A DNA stretch of 63,902 nt, filler included, from Olpidium bornovanus S191 (Eukaryota > Fungi > Olpidiomycota): the NCBI GenBank assembly GCA_017911155.1. It is 31 parts of 31 records of this genome, joined end to end, with 100 filler letters (N's around TTAATTAATTAA, not from the genome) between each part and the next. Parts side by side here need not be neighbours in the genome. Positions count along the whole stretch, not along the records: positions 46,214 to 49,612 come from JAEFCI010002845.1; positions 49,713 to 51,282 come from JAEFCI010000416.1; positions 51,383 to 53,210 come from JAEFCI010003162.1; positions 53,311 to 54,396 come from JAEFCI010010816.1; positions 54,497 to 55,759 come from JAEFCI010011583.1; positions 55,860 to 58,804 come from JAEFCI010001664.1; positions 58,905 to 61,513 come from JAEFCI010008777.1; 24 more parts are not named here. One strand, 5' to 3'. This document shows positions 46,214 through 59,724 of the stretch, one piece after another. Numbering within the stretch: position 1 is the stretch's first letter; every line of letters starts with the position of its first letter. The notes below the pieces were generated by a model that saw only the letters and a list, made by a program, of their open reading frames with translations, was not told the origin of the DNA and made no database searches. Position numbers and translations under genes: made by a program.

Positions 46214-49200
46214 CATGGCGAAAACGGTGAGCCCCACGATGGCGTCGCTGACGCCTAAAATAAGTCCGAACGACTGCCGCGGGGTCAGCGGCCCGTCGCA
46301 CGGCCTCCATTTCGACCGGAGCGGGGCGGCAGCCCTTTCTAGCCGAGCCTGACCCCTCGCGACTTACCTGCAGCAGGCTGACGACCTCGTCTGCCACGAG
46401 ATAAATCCAGACGACGGCGACAGCAAAGCCGACGAAGCACAAATATCGGCGCCACGCCGGAACCGCGCGCGTGGAAGTCGACGCGTAGCATAATGTGCCG
46501 CAGGCAACCCCGGCGAGTATCCCGACCGGCACAAGGGTAGCCGGAAACGAAGGGTTGGCGGCTGGCTCGTGTTGATACGACAATATATATTTAATTGATG
46601 GAACGGAATGTCAGCGCTCCGTCCGCCTGGAAGTGCAATTTTTTTTCTCGGTGAATGCATACCGAGCAGAGCAGAGCTGACGAACAGCGGCGCGGTGGCG
46701 AACTGTACCACGGTTAGCCACCTGTTCCATTTGAAGACATACAACTCTCGAGGGACGTCGCCGTCGTCAATGACGGTGACGTCTGTTCCGTGATTGCCGG
46801 CAGTGCGCCCGCTGGGACCCCGTTCCCGTTCTAGGTCAGCGCCGATTTGGGTTGGTGTTTTGCGGTCATCGTCTTCGTCAATAACAGGAACCGTGATGAT
46901 CAGGAGGAACACGAGCGGCGTGGCTATTAGACCAGCGAACTTGCTTGGGAGGGATCGATACCGCCATCCCCCTAAATGAGGAAACAACGTGTTCCGGACT
47001 GCTGCAGCGGCCGGCATACCAGCCGACGGACGGCCGGCAATCTGCTCTTCAACCGAAGTGACGCGGACGCCAGGATAGTGGTCTTTGGTGACGATATTGC
47101 CCTCGGGAACGTTTTGCGTCTGGAGAAAAACCGGCCGGGGAGAAAGCGTTGCCGGCATGCCCTCGCGGCCGGGGGCCTCCGCCGGAGTGCACCCGCCAGC
47201 GGGGGACCCGGCACTACGCGGCTCTGGTGGAAGGCTCGGCGCATCAGTTGGACGGGAACTCGAGTCGCCGCCGACGGGCGGCGTCACGACGATGCTGGAA
47301 ACGAAAGCCGGAGCCCGCTCCGGCGTCGTCCTGCTCCGCGATTCCGGGTCAGCGGCCCCGGCTTCGCGCCAGCCGGCTTCCCTCAAGCGTCTTTCCGTTT
47401 CGTTTCGGAGCGGAGATTTCTGGAGTGGACTTCCGCCCACAGAAATCGTCCGGGAGCCGGACGCGGACGCAAGCTGACCCGGAGAGCCGCATCCGGCGTA
47501 CGTCGAGCACCGAAAGAGCACAGGCCGTTCAACGACGCGCCCGCGCGTCGGGTCACAGCTGGCGCTCGAGCGTTCCCGGCGATGTCGCGAAGGCGTCCGC
47601 GGGAGGACGGGCGAGAAGTCGTCATCAAAGGCCGGGAACGCCGGCCACCTCGGGCTGCACTGCTTCCAGGACTGTACGGCGTCCCGGAATTCAAAAGCGC
47701 CGAGAAAGGATTTCCGCTTGCGATGCTGTATGTTTTTGCGGAACATTAAAGATTGCTGAGAAGCTGCCCGTGTGAGTGGCTCTGCTCAGCAGCTAATCGT
47801 CAGGACCTAACCACAACCTCCACAACATGGCGCATTTGGATTTTTACGAGCGCATCAAGAGGGGCGGACTGCTTACTTCAACTTCGTCGGCTGTCGAAGG
47901 GAGTCTCAAGAGTCGCGGGTGGGGTAAGGCCGGAGTCTTGCCGAGCAGGGGCTGGCGTTCTACGTAATCGTCATCCTGCCCGTCGCCATATTGATTGTGC
48001 TCATCGTCATGTGCACTGAGAACTGTCCTTCCCGATAAATCAGTTTACGCGTCCATGTGTGCATACCAGTAAAGCCAACGCCGGCGGAACGACCCCCTAC
48101 CCGTCGGTTCCGCGTCTGCCTCAACCAACAAAGCGCGCCGCTTCGAACGTCTCCGACGTAACCAGTCTCCAGCGACGACGACCGTCACGTACAGCAGGTA
48201 GTAGCCGATGAGGAAGATTCCTTCGATCAGAGTTATCCGTTGATCCCGGACGGTGCAGACAACGAACGAGACGGCGCCGACGAAGAAAAGCAGATCCCGG
48301 AAAAAAGGGTACGCCGTCACTTCGAAGGGACTGATGACCGCCATGGCACCGACGACAACGTTCAAAATGAACGACGCAGCGCCCACAAGTTCTCCGAGCG
48401 CCAATCCGCCGCTTTCTGCAGACAGTGCGGTAAACGTCTGCGCAGAAACACCACGAGTCATCACGGGACGTTCGTACCTGGGCAGCAAAACGACTCAAAA
48501 CAAGTAAAGAAAAAAAAGTACAAAAAACAAAAAAGCAAAAAAAAAACGCAAAGAAGAAAAAGGGGGGGGGAAATGTGAAAATTGGCAAAGAAAGGTGGAA
48601 AGAAATGGATAAAAAAAACAAGGAGAACAGAAAAAAAAGTAAGGAAGAGTAACAAAACAAAAAGCGGTTTCAAAGAAAAAGAAGAAAAAAAATAAAAAAG
48701 AAAAAAAGTACAAAAAAACAAAAAGCAAAAAAAAAACGCAAAGAAAAAAGGGGGGAAAGGGGAAAAACGGCAAAGAAAGGAGGAAAGAAAGGGATAAAAA
48801 ACAAGAAAAATAGAAAGGAAAGTAAAGAAGAATAACAAAAACAAAAAACGGTTACAAAGAAGAAGAAGAAAAAAAAAGTAAAAAAAAATAAAAGCAAAAT
48901 GATAAATAAAAAATATATACAAAAAAAGGAAAACAAAGAAAAAAAAAGACGGTTACAAAGAAGAAGAAGAAAAAAAAAGAAAAAAGAATTAAAGCAAAAT
49001 GATAAATAAAAAATATATACAAAAAAAGGAAAACAAAGAAAAAAAAAAGGCAAAAATCAAGACGTATAAAAGACGGCTTACCGAGAAGAGATCGGGGGAC
49101 CCGTTGCCGAAAGCAAGAAACGTCACGCCTGCCTAGAGACGACATAAGCCACGGTATAAGCAGCTAGAGTGCCGACCCGCTTCAGGCGCCTGTGAAAGTG

Positions 49201-49612
49201 AGACAGCGGGCGGCAGAAGTACCATGCTTTCGGAAATCCCCAACGAGCGGGCAATGGCGCTCAGATTAGGACCTGGGTCAGTCAACCATTCGGAAGTCAG
49301 GGTCGGCGGCTCAGCGTCTTCCTACGCGGCCAGACATTTTCGACCTCACAGAAAAACTCGGAGGCGACGATGCCGACGAGCCCGAACAGAAGAAACAGCC
49401 AGCAGACCTGATCGAAGTTTCGTTTCAATCGTTTTAGATAACAAAGCCGGACCAGAAAGCTCTCAGGAAAAACGCTTTCTCTTTCTCTCTCACTCTCTCT
49501 CTCTTTCATTTTCTCTCTGTCTGTCTTTCTCTAAAACCACGCACCAACGCAATAAACGTAAGCACCCCGCCGGCAGCCGAGCAATAATGAAATTCGAGAT
49601 AGTTGAACATGC
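46214..49612 (-). CDS. Cation/Ca2+ exchanger (CCX/NCLX-like), partial at both ends
   Basis: FNYLEFHYC; GIVASEFF; PNLSAIARSLGISESM|AGVTFLAFGNGSPDLFS (alpha-1 repeat); ALGELVGAASFI...RDLLFF; VVWIYLVADEVVSLLQ; VSDAIVGLTVFAM (alpha-2 repeat). Confidence 0.92.
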
Positions 49613-51423
49613 NNNNNNNNNNNNNNNNNNNNNNNNNNNNNNNNNNNNNNNNNNNNTTAATTAATTAANNNNNNNNNNNNNNNNNNNNNNNNNNNNNNNN
49701 NNNNNNNNNNNNTATATTTTTGTCGACTTTCTAGCTCGGCGGAGCCTACTTTATATGTCGGGGATCTGACGATTCTACAAGGGCGCACAGGGGCTGGTGT
49801 GCGTAGTGTGCCCGCTGCGCAGCGTCCCCCCCCCTTTATTTTTGCCCCTTTATTTCAACAGTTTATTCGGGTTTTGGATGCCAAAACTCGAGGGAACGTC
49901 GAAATTGTCGCTTGCTGCGGCCTCCTAACGGGGGCCCCGCGTGCGCTCGACGGCTGCCTTCGTGTGGAGTTTTCCTTAATAACAACGGTTTTTCCTCACT
50001 CCGCAAGCGCATGATGGAAAGCGCTGCGCAAAAAAACGGCAGCGTGCGAGGAACTACAGCAAGGTTGCGCTTGACGGGCGGGCGCGTTCCAACGGTGACG
50101 TTATTTCTGTCGTCATCGAAGGAAGATGCGAATCAAACGCCGCGTCAGGTCAAATTCGCAGTGCTCGCTGAAGCTCCATTGGCGGTAAAATTCGCATCGC
50201 TGTGCTCGCTGTGCATCGGACTGCTCCATTTGAAGCTAGGGAAGCTATAAAAGCCAGTGAAACCGTCCTCGCGGGGTAATGTTCGCCTGAGTCGTCGCAG
50301 GTGACGTAGACGAACCAAAGTGGCCGAAAGAAACAAGGTCGTTTGAACTTGCTTGGTGTCCCTGACCCCAGTCTGCAGCAGCAGCAGGTGCGCAGGCCCC
50401 GCGCGCGCCCCTGCGTTTTCGTTGGTCCTTTCTTCCGCCGTGCTGCGCCATCTGAAAAATAAATAAATACAAAAACAAAAACAAAAAACAAAAAACAAAA
50501 CAAAACAAAACAAAAAAATAAGGAGACAAAAACCCGTTCTGGTTCCTGGCACACACATACACACACGCGCACACACACACGCACGGCTTATTTCGCGGCT
50601 CCTCTTGAGACCCGCCTTTTGGCCTCGGGGTGTCCACGCCAGATTCCGGATTCCGCGACCAAGCTGGCGAAACTGTCTCGTACTCGGGGCATCTGGTTCG
50701 CCGAGCCGGCAAAACATGCCCCGAACATGTCGGAAGACGGACTTTGTCGATTAGCGACCTCGTCATTTTACGGTCAAATTGGCCCGTTCGGCTTCCCAAT
50801 TCTGTTGAGGGGTGTGCGTCGCCGAGATATGGCATTTGATTTCAGGGCCCTGGGTGTGGCCGAAACCGAGGACTTCGATGGTTGATCCATCGGCCGGTTC
50901 AAAAGCCAGTGGATTCGGGGAGGGAATGGACGGTACGTGTGCAGCCCGTTCCAGACGCGCGGGTGGCATGGGTGCTGCGGGTGCAGTCACGTGTGCACCT
51001 CGTGGTCACAGACGAGGGGGAGTGACAGTCGGGACATCATGAAGAAGTGGAATTCGCAGTTTTCTCCGTCCCGTTCCCTTTTTTCTCGCCTCCTCCTCGC
51101 GCCTGTTTCGCCTTAGAGTGAGAGACTTCCAATGTGACCGATCTTTTGTCACAAAAAACGGCATGTAGCGGTTTTGTAACGGCAAACTGGCCGGATTTGC
51201 GCTGTCCTCCGCACCTGCAGCACTTCTTGTTATGGCTGTTTTACGGCTGGTGAAAATACGGCCGCACAGACCAAAACCGAAANNNNNNNNNNNNNNNNNN
51301 NNNNNNNNNNNNNNNNNNNNNNNNNNTTAATTAATTAANNNNNNNNNNNNNNNNNNNNNNNNNNNNNNNNNNNNNNNNNNNNCATGGAACAACCCGTATG
51401 CAATTGTTGATTTATGCCCATAC

Positions 51424-51851
51424 CTTTGTACTTGTCAAAAATAGCGTTGATTGCCGAGGCGCTCGAGCTATTCGCTGGAGACGAGACTGAGCTCGCGCCC
51501 CCCCCAAAGAAGTCATCAACCGCGAGCTCAAGCTGGAAGGACGGCCGCGTTTTGAGTATCGTGTCAGCGAAGTAGACATTGGGAGGGCCGCGTCTCTGGC
51601 CCGTTTTCGCCTTCCAATTCGGCCATCCTGAGGCAGACACCACAGAAAATTCCCGGGGTACCCGTGTCGGCTGTTGTAGGCAGCCGCGCTGGGACTCATA
51701 CGTCGCCCGGCTCGGGGCCCAATTTCCACGAATGGGGCCAATCCAGACTCACGTTCCAGTTATGCTGTTTCAGCGTCTTGATCGCAACCTTCTCTGAAGC
51801 TTGGGACACGGCCCGAAACTTGTTGATCTTCTGCTGTTGAGTACTCTTCAT
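51424..51851 (-). CDS. DCN1: DCN1-like neddylation factor, N-terminal UBA-like region, partial
   Basis: MKSTQQQKINKFRAVSQASEKVAIKTLKQHNWN|LELAVDDFF...AINAIFDKYK; GT-AG intron 51752-51533. Confidence 0.85.
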
Positions 51852-52468
51852 TGAGATAACAGGAAGAAGAGGCGAGGCGAGTCAGGCGCGCAACGAGCCT
51901 CCGGTCGCGGTGGTGAACCACATTTTTCGTAAGAATTCCCCATAGGTCGATGCGGCACAGGGAGACGCCGCGCTGCCACACACCATTGCTTGCTGTCTCT
52001 CGTGCGACGCAACGATCGCCCCGCAGGCAGGGTGAGGATTCGCAATCGCACAGCAGGGTAGCGAGGACAAAAGCCGTGCTGACGGGAGTTGCGTAACTGT
52101 GATGCCGTTCTTGGCGTGCGAAACGAGAAGAGGCTTTGCAGAAAGTGCGCGGAAAATCGAGGTAAACGCACTGCATAACAACGGGGGCGAGAAAGGCCAC
52201 GACCGCACGCTTCAAATGATACAACCCAGCCCGTCGCACCCACCCAGGCCACAACTCCCTCTCTTCCACCGCCCTTCCCCGTTCTCCTCCTCCTCCTCCC
52301 CTGCGGTGTTCTGCGGAGTGACGGACACGAAAAGGTCGTCCGTGTGACTGTCCCTCTTTTCTCTCACTCTGTCGCTTGCGGCGCGGCAAGAAAAATAGCA
52401 CGGGGGCCAAGGGGCGAACGCGCGTCTCGTCCGCCCAAAGCCAAGAGGCCTGGTTTTTTTTTTCTTTT

Positions 52469-52521
<53 letters not shown>

Positions 52522-52532
52522 TGGGGGGGGGG

Positions 52533-52563
<31 letters not shown>

Positions 52564-53020
52564 AAGAGGTAACAACAAAAAAAATAAATTAATGAATAAA
52601 TTTGGGCGCGGTCCGACATTCGCGGCCGGGGGGTGACTTTGCGTCCCAGAGTTTTGATCTCGTGTGACGAGAACAGAAAAAAAAAAGATCGATTGCCGGC
52701 TGGCAAACCATGCTTCCGAAAAGGTTCAAACTTCCTACCCCGCGCCAGGCACAATCCGCCTTTGGTCCCAGGTACTCTGGCGGAACATGCCCAGGAGAGG
52801 GACGTTTTTGCCAAGCAGGCCCCAGCCGGCGCTGGGTCAGGTGTCTGTCGAAGTCACGGGCAGCGACGGTGCTGCCCTTACAGAAGCGGTCCAGTGCGAG
52901 AAGCAGGCCCAGTGCGAGGCGCGACTTTCCGCCGTCGTAATGTGATTTGCATAGGTGAACCTTTGCCGTGAGCACGCTGCGTCTGTTAGAAACCACAGGC
53001 CACGTAGTTTCCTTTTTTTT

Positions 53021-53064
<44 letters not shown>

Positions 53065-53068
53065 CTTT

Positions 53069-53104
<36 letters not shown>

Positions 53105-53316
53105 CAATCAGTTTTTTTTTTTTTCATTTGGTGCACGCACAGGACCGACGTTTTTGATAATTTCCATTGCTCGTCCGGAAACAATTTTATTCATCGTCAC
53201 TTAACCGAGGNNNNNNNNNNNNNNNNNNNNNNNNNNNNNNNNNNNNNNNNNNNNTTAATTAATTAANNNNNNNNNNNNNNNNNNNNNNNNNNNNNNNNNN
53301 NNNNNNNNNNACCCTA

Positions 53317-53411
<95 letters not shown>

Positions 53412-53433
53412 CGCCGCGGGGCAGGAGGAAAGT

Positions 53434-54396
53434 TCAGAGCCGCTCAACCTTCGTCCCGATAAGATCGAACAAGAACTTTATAATCTTCCGAAACGCTTCC
53501 TCGTCGACGGCGTTTTCCCCGGTGGACAGCGTGCTGATGATGTCGGGCAGGTTGTTGTAGACGGCGTTCTCCTTGGAAGCCAGTTCGGAGAAGAAGAGCT
53601 TGGCCTGCCCGCTGATGCGGTCGTCGGGCTCGACGACGCACTTGGCCATCTCTCCGATCTGGCCCTTCACTTTGACCATGCCGTTGAGAATCAGAAAGGT
53701 GAGGACCATCAGCGCTTGCCTCTTGACATTGCGGTCCGGGTCCGACAGCCGCGAATAAAGCTGCGAAATGTCGGCGTCGACGAGGCTGTTGAAGCACACC
53801 GCGATGTCGCCGAGGCCGATCACGAGGTTGCTGCGCACGACCGGGTCGTCCGACTTTTCCAGGATCGTGAACAGCAGGCCGAGATGGTCCCGGCAGAATG
53901 CTGAGCTGACGCACATCATCTTGCAGAGCGCCAACGTCGCCATCGACTTCAGCGTTCGGTCCTGAAAACATGATTGGGTATGATGCCACGCCGCGTGAAC
54001 AAACGGGCCCCGTGAGCGGCCGCCGGAAATGTGCGCACAAGAGCCGTTACAAACCGCGAAGCGCGTATTATTGGCGCATATCCGGGCCACGATCGGTCCA
54101 AACACGGCGAGGAGCGACCTCTTGCCAAAGAGCAGTTCATACTCTCGGACCTCGTTGACTCTGTCTGCAAAATCATCTTCCGCGGTCCCCGCTGCCGCCT
54201 CGAGGTCCTCGTCACCTCCGGCAACGGCGGCCGCACCCTTGGAAGCTTCTGCAGTTGTAAGCATTTTGAAAAGAAGACGTGCGCAACGAGCGTGGGTGCT
54301 CTGGACGGTCCGACGCCTACCTTGTGATTTCTCGTTGTTGCGCTTCCACTCATTCTCGATCTCCTCCAAGTGCACAACCTGTTTCAGGGCGACATG
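53434..54396 (-). CDS. YCS4: Condensin subunit Cnd1/Ycs4 (NCAPD2), internal fragment
   Basis: ATLALCKMMCVSSAFC...VRSNLVIGLGDIAVCFN...VKRQALMVLTFLILNGMVKVKGQIGEMAKC...AKLFFSELASKENAVYNNLPDIIS. Confidence 0.95.
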   Translation of the reverse strand, partial: HVALKQVVHLEEIENEWKRNNEKSQGRRRTVQSTHARCARLLFKMLTTAEASKGAAAVAGGDEDLEAAAGTAEDDFADRVNEVREYELLFGKRSLLAVFGPIVARICANNTRFAVCNGSCAHISGGRSRGPFVHAAWHHTQSCFQDRTLKSMATLALCKMMCVSSAFCRDHLGLLFTILEKSDDPVVRSNLVIGLGDIAVCFNSLVDADISQLYSRLSDPDRNVKRQALMVLTFLILNGMVKVKGQIGEMAKCVVEPDDRISGQAKLFFSELASKENAVYNNLPDIISTLSTGENAVDEEAFRKIIKFLFDLIGTKVERL

Positions 54397-54496
54397 NNNN
54401 NNNNNNNNNNNNNNNNNNNNNNNNNNNNNNNNNNNNNNNNTTAATTAATTAANNNNNNNNNNNNNNNNNNNNNNNNNNNNNNNNNNNNNNNNNNNN

Positions 54497-54774
54497 CCCG
54501 CCCGCGCGGGGCGAACCCCGGGACAGCCCATGGAGGGAACGACCATCACGCCCGCGCGCGGCGACCATGGCGCCACGCCCGCGGGTATAAATAGACCCCC
54601 TTTAGGACGTTGTAGAAAACCAAAACCAGTAAAAGAGCTAGAACCAAAGACTTGACAGCAATAAAAAGCTTTAACCCGAAGACGGCGACCAACGTCCACA
54701 GCACAGAAGCCCTGCTTGGCTGGGGTCACCCGAAATCAGAGTCATGTGACCAACACAAAAAAGGTCCGTCAACA
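54497..54774 (-). mobile_element. Probable 3' LTR of copia element E (left end not determined)
   Basis: Minus-strand PPT gaaaggggg followed by TGTTGAC at 54774. Confidence 0.55.
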
Positions 54775-55647
54775 CCCCCTTTCGAGAGGCGGTCGGTAGA
54801 GGACGGGCTCTCGCGGATGGAGAAGGAAAAGGCGGGCTCTCGCGGATGGAGAAGGAAAAGGCATATGAAATAAGGGGGAAAACCTTCTCAAAGTACGAAA
54901 GAGCATCAGGGAGCGACGGATGATGAAAATGATGAAAAAAAAGGAATAGAAGAGAGAGGATAAAAACAACGTCGTCCGTCAACGTCCGACGGAATAAGGA
55001 GAAAACGCCTTTTCTCAAGGCAAAACACAAGGTAAACGGGTGAGGAAACCTTCTCAAGGGCGACGAACGGAGACAAGTCCCATTTTGGCCACGGTCTCTT
55101 GGTAACGGGCGGCCGGAAGCCGCTTCGTGAGGGCGTCGGCCGTGTTGACGGCCAAATCTACGCGCGTAGGGACGATGTTCCCACGGGCGCACGAATTGCG
55201 GACCAACAGAGTCTTGATGTCCGTATGACGGGAGCAGCGGTTCAAGGTTCCCGAGTTGATGATTGATAAGGCGTCGTTGTTGTCGATCATCAGAGGTGTC
55301 GGGACCGGTCGGCCGAGCGTGAGGTATTGGAGCATCGAACAAATCCAACGAAGCTCATGATCGGCCGCCGAGGCAGCGATCAGCTCCGCTTCCGTGGAGG
55401 AGGCTGCGGCGATCGTCTGCAGGCGTGAATACCATGCAACCGCACCGCAGAGAATCAGGATGACATAGCCGGATCGACTGTAGCGAGTCGATGATCCGGC
55501 CCAATCCGAATCCGAATAACAAACGAGTTCGAGGTCATCGTTGTCGACAGCCGAGTACTGTATGCCGAGATCTACGGTGCCCCAAAGATATTGGAGAACT
55601 ATTTTGACCGCTCGCCAACGTCTCTCCGACGGATTCGACATGGACAA
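54775..55647 (-). mobile_element. Ty1/copia RT end, RNase H and 3' UTR (element E)
   Basis: KIVLQYLWGT...YSDSDWAG...AVAWYSRLQTIAAASSTEAELIA...IDNNDA...RHTDIK...NTADALTKRL; 29-bp tandem duplication at ~54805-54862. Confidence 0.95.
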
Positions 55648-55859
55648 GGTGTCTTCTGCTGTGCGCTCAGATTATGACCTTCAGTGCAAATGGTGCCAGC
55701 AAGCAAAGCAAACGCGCGAACCATTCTCGAAAGATCGGCGGAATCGTGAGGATGTGAAGNNNNNNNNNNNNNNNNNNNNNNNNNNNNNNNNNNNNNNNNN
55801 NNNTTAATTAATTAANNNNNNNNNNNNNNNNNNNNNNNNNNNNNNNNNNNNNNNNNNNN

Positions 55860-57002
55860 AGGAGGTTGGTGAGAACAAGGAGGACCGCGAGGTTCGTCGA
55901 ACACCAGGAGACTCATTCAAACAGCTTGGTGCAGGGAAGCTGTCGCGCCACTCGTTGAACTCACTGCTGATGTTTACATGCTGGTTAACAATCTTCAGAA
56001 GCTGCATAAACTTTTGATCCTGCAGAAACCCGAGAAACAGCTCTAGCGAGTACTCGCTCATTTTCAGGTTGTACTGGTTTTCGCGATACATCCGCGCTGT
56101 CTCGTTCTCCCTGACATGCTCAGGAAGAGATACGGCAGCCAGCCGTTGGATTTCCGATGCATGCACGTCGTGGTCATCCTTAAACGCGTCCAAGAACTTC
56201 TTGGCTGCGAACAAGCATCCAGCCAGCATTAAGATCCATCGTCAGCACCGCAACCTGGACGAAAGCTCGTCACAGTGTTCTGCGCCTCGCAGCTCACCAT
56301 CCTTGGGCAGCCCTTTGAGAACGAGATTCAAAAAAGCATGAACAAATATTGGGTACAGCATCGTGGAAAGCTCGTGCTATCGCCAGCAAACAGATCCACA
56401 CAGAGAGAACGCATGATGTTTTAGAAAGTCGCATTATGGAGCAAACGCTCGCAAAGTAAAAAACCAGGCTGCGGCCGTCCTATTCTGGAGTCGGGGGTCC
56501 ACTTTGAGGACGCTCCGGCAAGACAGCCGCGTACCCTGTACAACTCCAGACTGGTCTCTATAAACCTCCTTAGCGCGCGGTAACTGTGCTCCAACGCCCC
56601 CTCTTCGTCCTGGAGCTCGATCTCGTTGTAATACTGCGAGTACGCCGTCAGGCGGCGCTGCGGATCCAATTCACCGGCCAGCTCCTGGAACGACCGCGTC
56701 GCAGCGGCGGCGTTCTCCGCGCAGAGCGTGGCTTCGGTCGCCTTAGACCCGTGCGCCCTCAGGTAGTGGAGAACGGTGGCGTCGGTGGCGGCCGCCGGCA
56801 GGCAAGAACGACTAGTCCCGGGGTGGTCTCCCGCGCCTGCTCCGGCGGGACTTGCGGCGCCGGCGTTCGCGCTCGGGCCGGCGCTCGCGTGTTGGGTGGC
56901 GGACGCGGCCGCGGATCCTCCGGCACCGCCGTTCGCGGGGCGCGCGCCTTGCGGTTTGGAAGCACCGCTTCCCGGCCTCGACTGCTGCTGTTCCGAAGTC
57001 AT
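55860..57002 (-). CDS. TAF5: TFIID/SAGA subunit TAF5, N-terminal part (LisH-like and NTD2 regions), 3' partial
   Basis: VLHYLRAHGSKATEATL; YRALRRFIETSLELYR; FLDAFKDDHDVH...RMYRENQYNLKMSEYSLELFLGFLQ...IVNQHVNI. Confidence 0.88.
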
Positions 57003-58424
57003 TCGCTACGGCCCGGGTATCGGGCGCACGCCGAACGGGGGCGGAAAAGGGGAGGGGACCGCAAGGCTACCCCGCCGGGCTCCTGGAGAACTCGGCCGGT
57101 TTCGCTCTCGCGGAGAAGCCCGTGGGGTGTCCGAGCGGGCGGCCGGTGCAAAACGCGACGGGCAGACAAGGCGAGCGAGCGCCGCTTGTCCCCGGGGCTG
57201 CGGCGGCGCCCTTCGCCGAACCTAAGCTGGAGAAAGAGAGGGTCGAGACTCCTCCTGCCGACAGCGCCCAGTTTAGCGGTTTCGCCACGCAGCGCCGGGT
57301 CGAAGCGGCAGCGGAAACGGCGTCGGAGAAGAGGGATGGACGTCGCGGCTTTGCACGAACTGCCGCGCGGCTGCTGGGGATGCGTTGCTGTTGCCAGGCA
57401 GGACCTGCCGGCCGCCGTCGAACGTCCTCCGCAAGAAATGCGCACTGCAACAAGCAGCTCAAAAATGACGCAATTGAAGTGCAAAACTGAAAACGCAAAC
57501 CCAAATAATCAAGTAATTTTTAGTCACGTGACTTTGCCCGCACCCCTCCGCCGCCACGCAGGGCAGCGCCGCGAGGGCCCCAACACACACCCACCCCACG
57601 GTCGCGGCTCTCAAAGGAAGGCCACGTGGCGCCGGCGAGAGGAATCTGAGCCGGCGGCTGCTAGTGTGCGTACGGGGTTAGTGCTGGTGTGAAGTGATGG
57701 AAAACCCCTGCAGTCCCTTTGACACCGGATATATTCGGAAAGATGTGGCTAACTGAGTACAGATATTGCTGCATGAAAAACGGATGTAATCGAGGTAGCT
57801 CTGTTGCGCTCCCGGTTTGCCGAGGGCGCGGTCTGCGGGCCGGGTGCGCAGCCGCATGACAGTCTCTCTTCCCCCCGGTGGGGGGGGGGGGGCCGTCGTT
57901 GATCGCGTGCCGGCGAGCGCATTTGTCACACAGCGCTCAACCTGTTGCACCGGTGGGCACATCCCGGCCCTCAAGCGACAGGGCCTCGCACGGTGTAGCT
58001 TTTGAGCGACACGGCATATCCTGCAAGAAAGAAGAAAAAGTACACACAAAAAGAAAAGATGAGAAGAAAAAGGAAATAAGGAGAAAAAAGGCCCGAAACA
58101 ACTTGGCGGCGAACGATGACGGCGAGCCCGACGTGTCGCGCGCCGGGCTGGTATAATTTATTCTTTTATTATATACAGATCCATTTTACTAGTGTTGTTA
58201 ATAAATATTACATATGGCTCTGACGGGTAAGTTTATTCGTTCAAAGCAAATACACGTTTTAGTTATGATTATTATTATTATTGTTACTAAATCTTATGTT
58301 TATTAATCAACATTTATACTCTAAGCTGTGTAAATTATTGCGCATTATAAATATTCTATGTGCAATTGTCTGGTGATGCAGGCAACGGGAAAGACGGCGC
58401 CGCTTGGGGTTGCCCGCGCGCGGG

Positions 58425-58532
58425 TGTGCGTTGTGCGAGTGTGAGTGTGCGAGTGTGAGTGTGAGTGAGTGTGAGTGAGTGTGTGCGTATGTGTGTGTGC
58501 GTGTGTGTGTGTGCGTGTGTGTGAGTGCGCGG
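58425..58532. repeat. Compound (GT)n/(GAGT)n microsatellite
   Basis: Directly visible. Confidence 0.9.
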
Positions 58533-59688
58533 TGAGAGAGCAGAATAACGGGGCGGGCCGTTTTTCGTTTTGACGGGCGGGGCGGGGGGGGGGGGGGGGG
58601 GGAGGGGGGGGGGGGGGGGGGTTTGGGGTGGGGGGGGGGGGGGGGGGGGGGGGGGGAACTGAACGACGGACGTGAACCAAAGGAGACAAAGGAAGACGGG
58701 TGCACAAAGGAGGGGACCAAGGATGGAGGGCGGCGGAGGCTGCACCGCGCGGTTCGGAACGCTGTAGAGTTTCTACAAGCTTTTGGTTTGTTTTGTATGG
58801 CGTCNNNNNNNNNNNNNNNNNNNNNNNNNNNNNNNNNNNNNNNNNNNNTTAATTAATTAANNNNNNNNNNNNNNNNNNNNNNNNNNNNNNNNNNNNNNNN
58901 NNNNACGTTAGCCCCAAAAAGGCACAGGCCCGAAAACGGAGATTAGTTACATCTACATTGGCCACAGACCGGGCACCCCAGTTTAGTAGTGCGCTGAACG
59001 CCGTTGCCCCAAGGCGGGTGTCATGCGAACTCAGCCGCCCACAAGTTTCGCTGGCTGGCGACACTGCGCGACGATGATGGGCTCCCTCGAGGGGCGAGCA
59101 GCACTTGGAGCTGCGCGGCAAGACCGACCAAGACGATGACAATGGCGATGGCGATGATATTGGTGCTTCGGATGACAGCCGAATAGTGCTCCAGGACAAG
59201 AGGAGCAACCAACGGTGACCGGGGTCAGGGAACCATCTGCCGGTCAAAACCGCCATTACGGCGTTGCCCTCTCCGACAGTCAACACGGCGCGGCAACCAG
59301 AATCAAGATTAATCTTAAGGCCGACGGCGGCTTAAGAAGGAAGCCTGGATGGCCAGGGCGGTCTGGAGAACGAGGCGGGCACGACGTCAACGAAGGCCAT
59401 TCGCCCATTTCGGACGGAAACGCACGTCGGCGCGCGCGACCGCCACGCGGCGCGAGTCGTCGGCCAAAAGCGACGGCGGAGACGCGGTGGTGCCGGTGCG
59501 TCGTCCTGCTCCCCGCCTTTCATCACGCACGCATTTTTATCGGGCGGGGGTGCGTCACCTTCGCTCCTTGGACGGCGGAAGAAGCTGCGGGGAAAGCCGA
59601 GGATGGAAACGGGGGAGATCTACTCGGCGGCGGACGCAGCCGTCGCCCTTAGTGCCCGTTTTCGCAGGGAAGAGAAGAAAAAAATGCC

Positions 59689-59724
<36 letters not shown>

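Noticed and set aside
48121-49145. Phe-rich hydrophobic ORFs
   Set aside because: Translation of a poly(T)-rich, internally duplicated intron of the CCX gene.
49713-51282. Possible genes on this contig and on contig 11744-12783
   Set aside because: No recognisable domain or consistent exon chain could be built.
59021-59212. Short hydrophobic minus-strand ORF (IIAIAIVIVLVGLAA)
   Set aside because: It could be a membrane-protein exon but is too short and unassignable to call.
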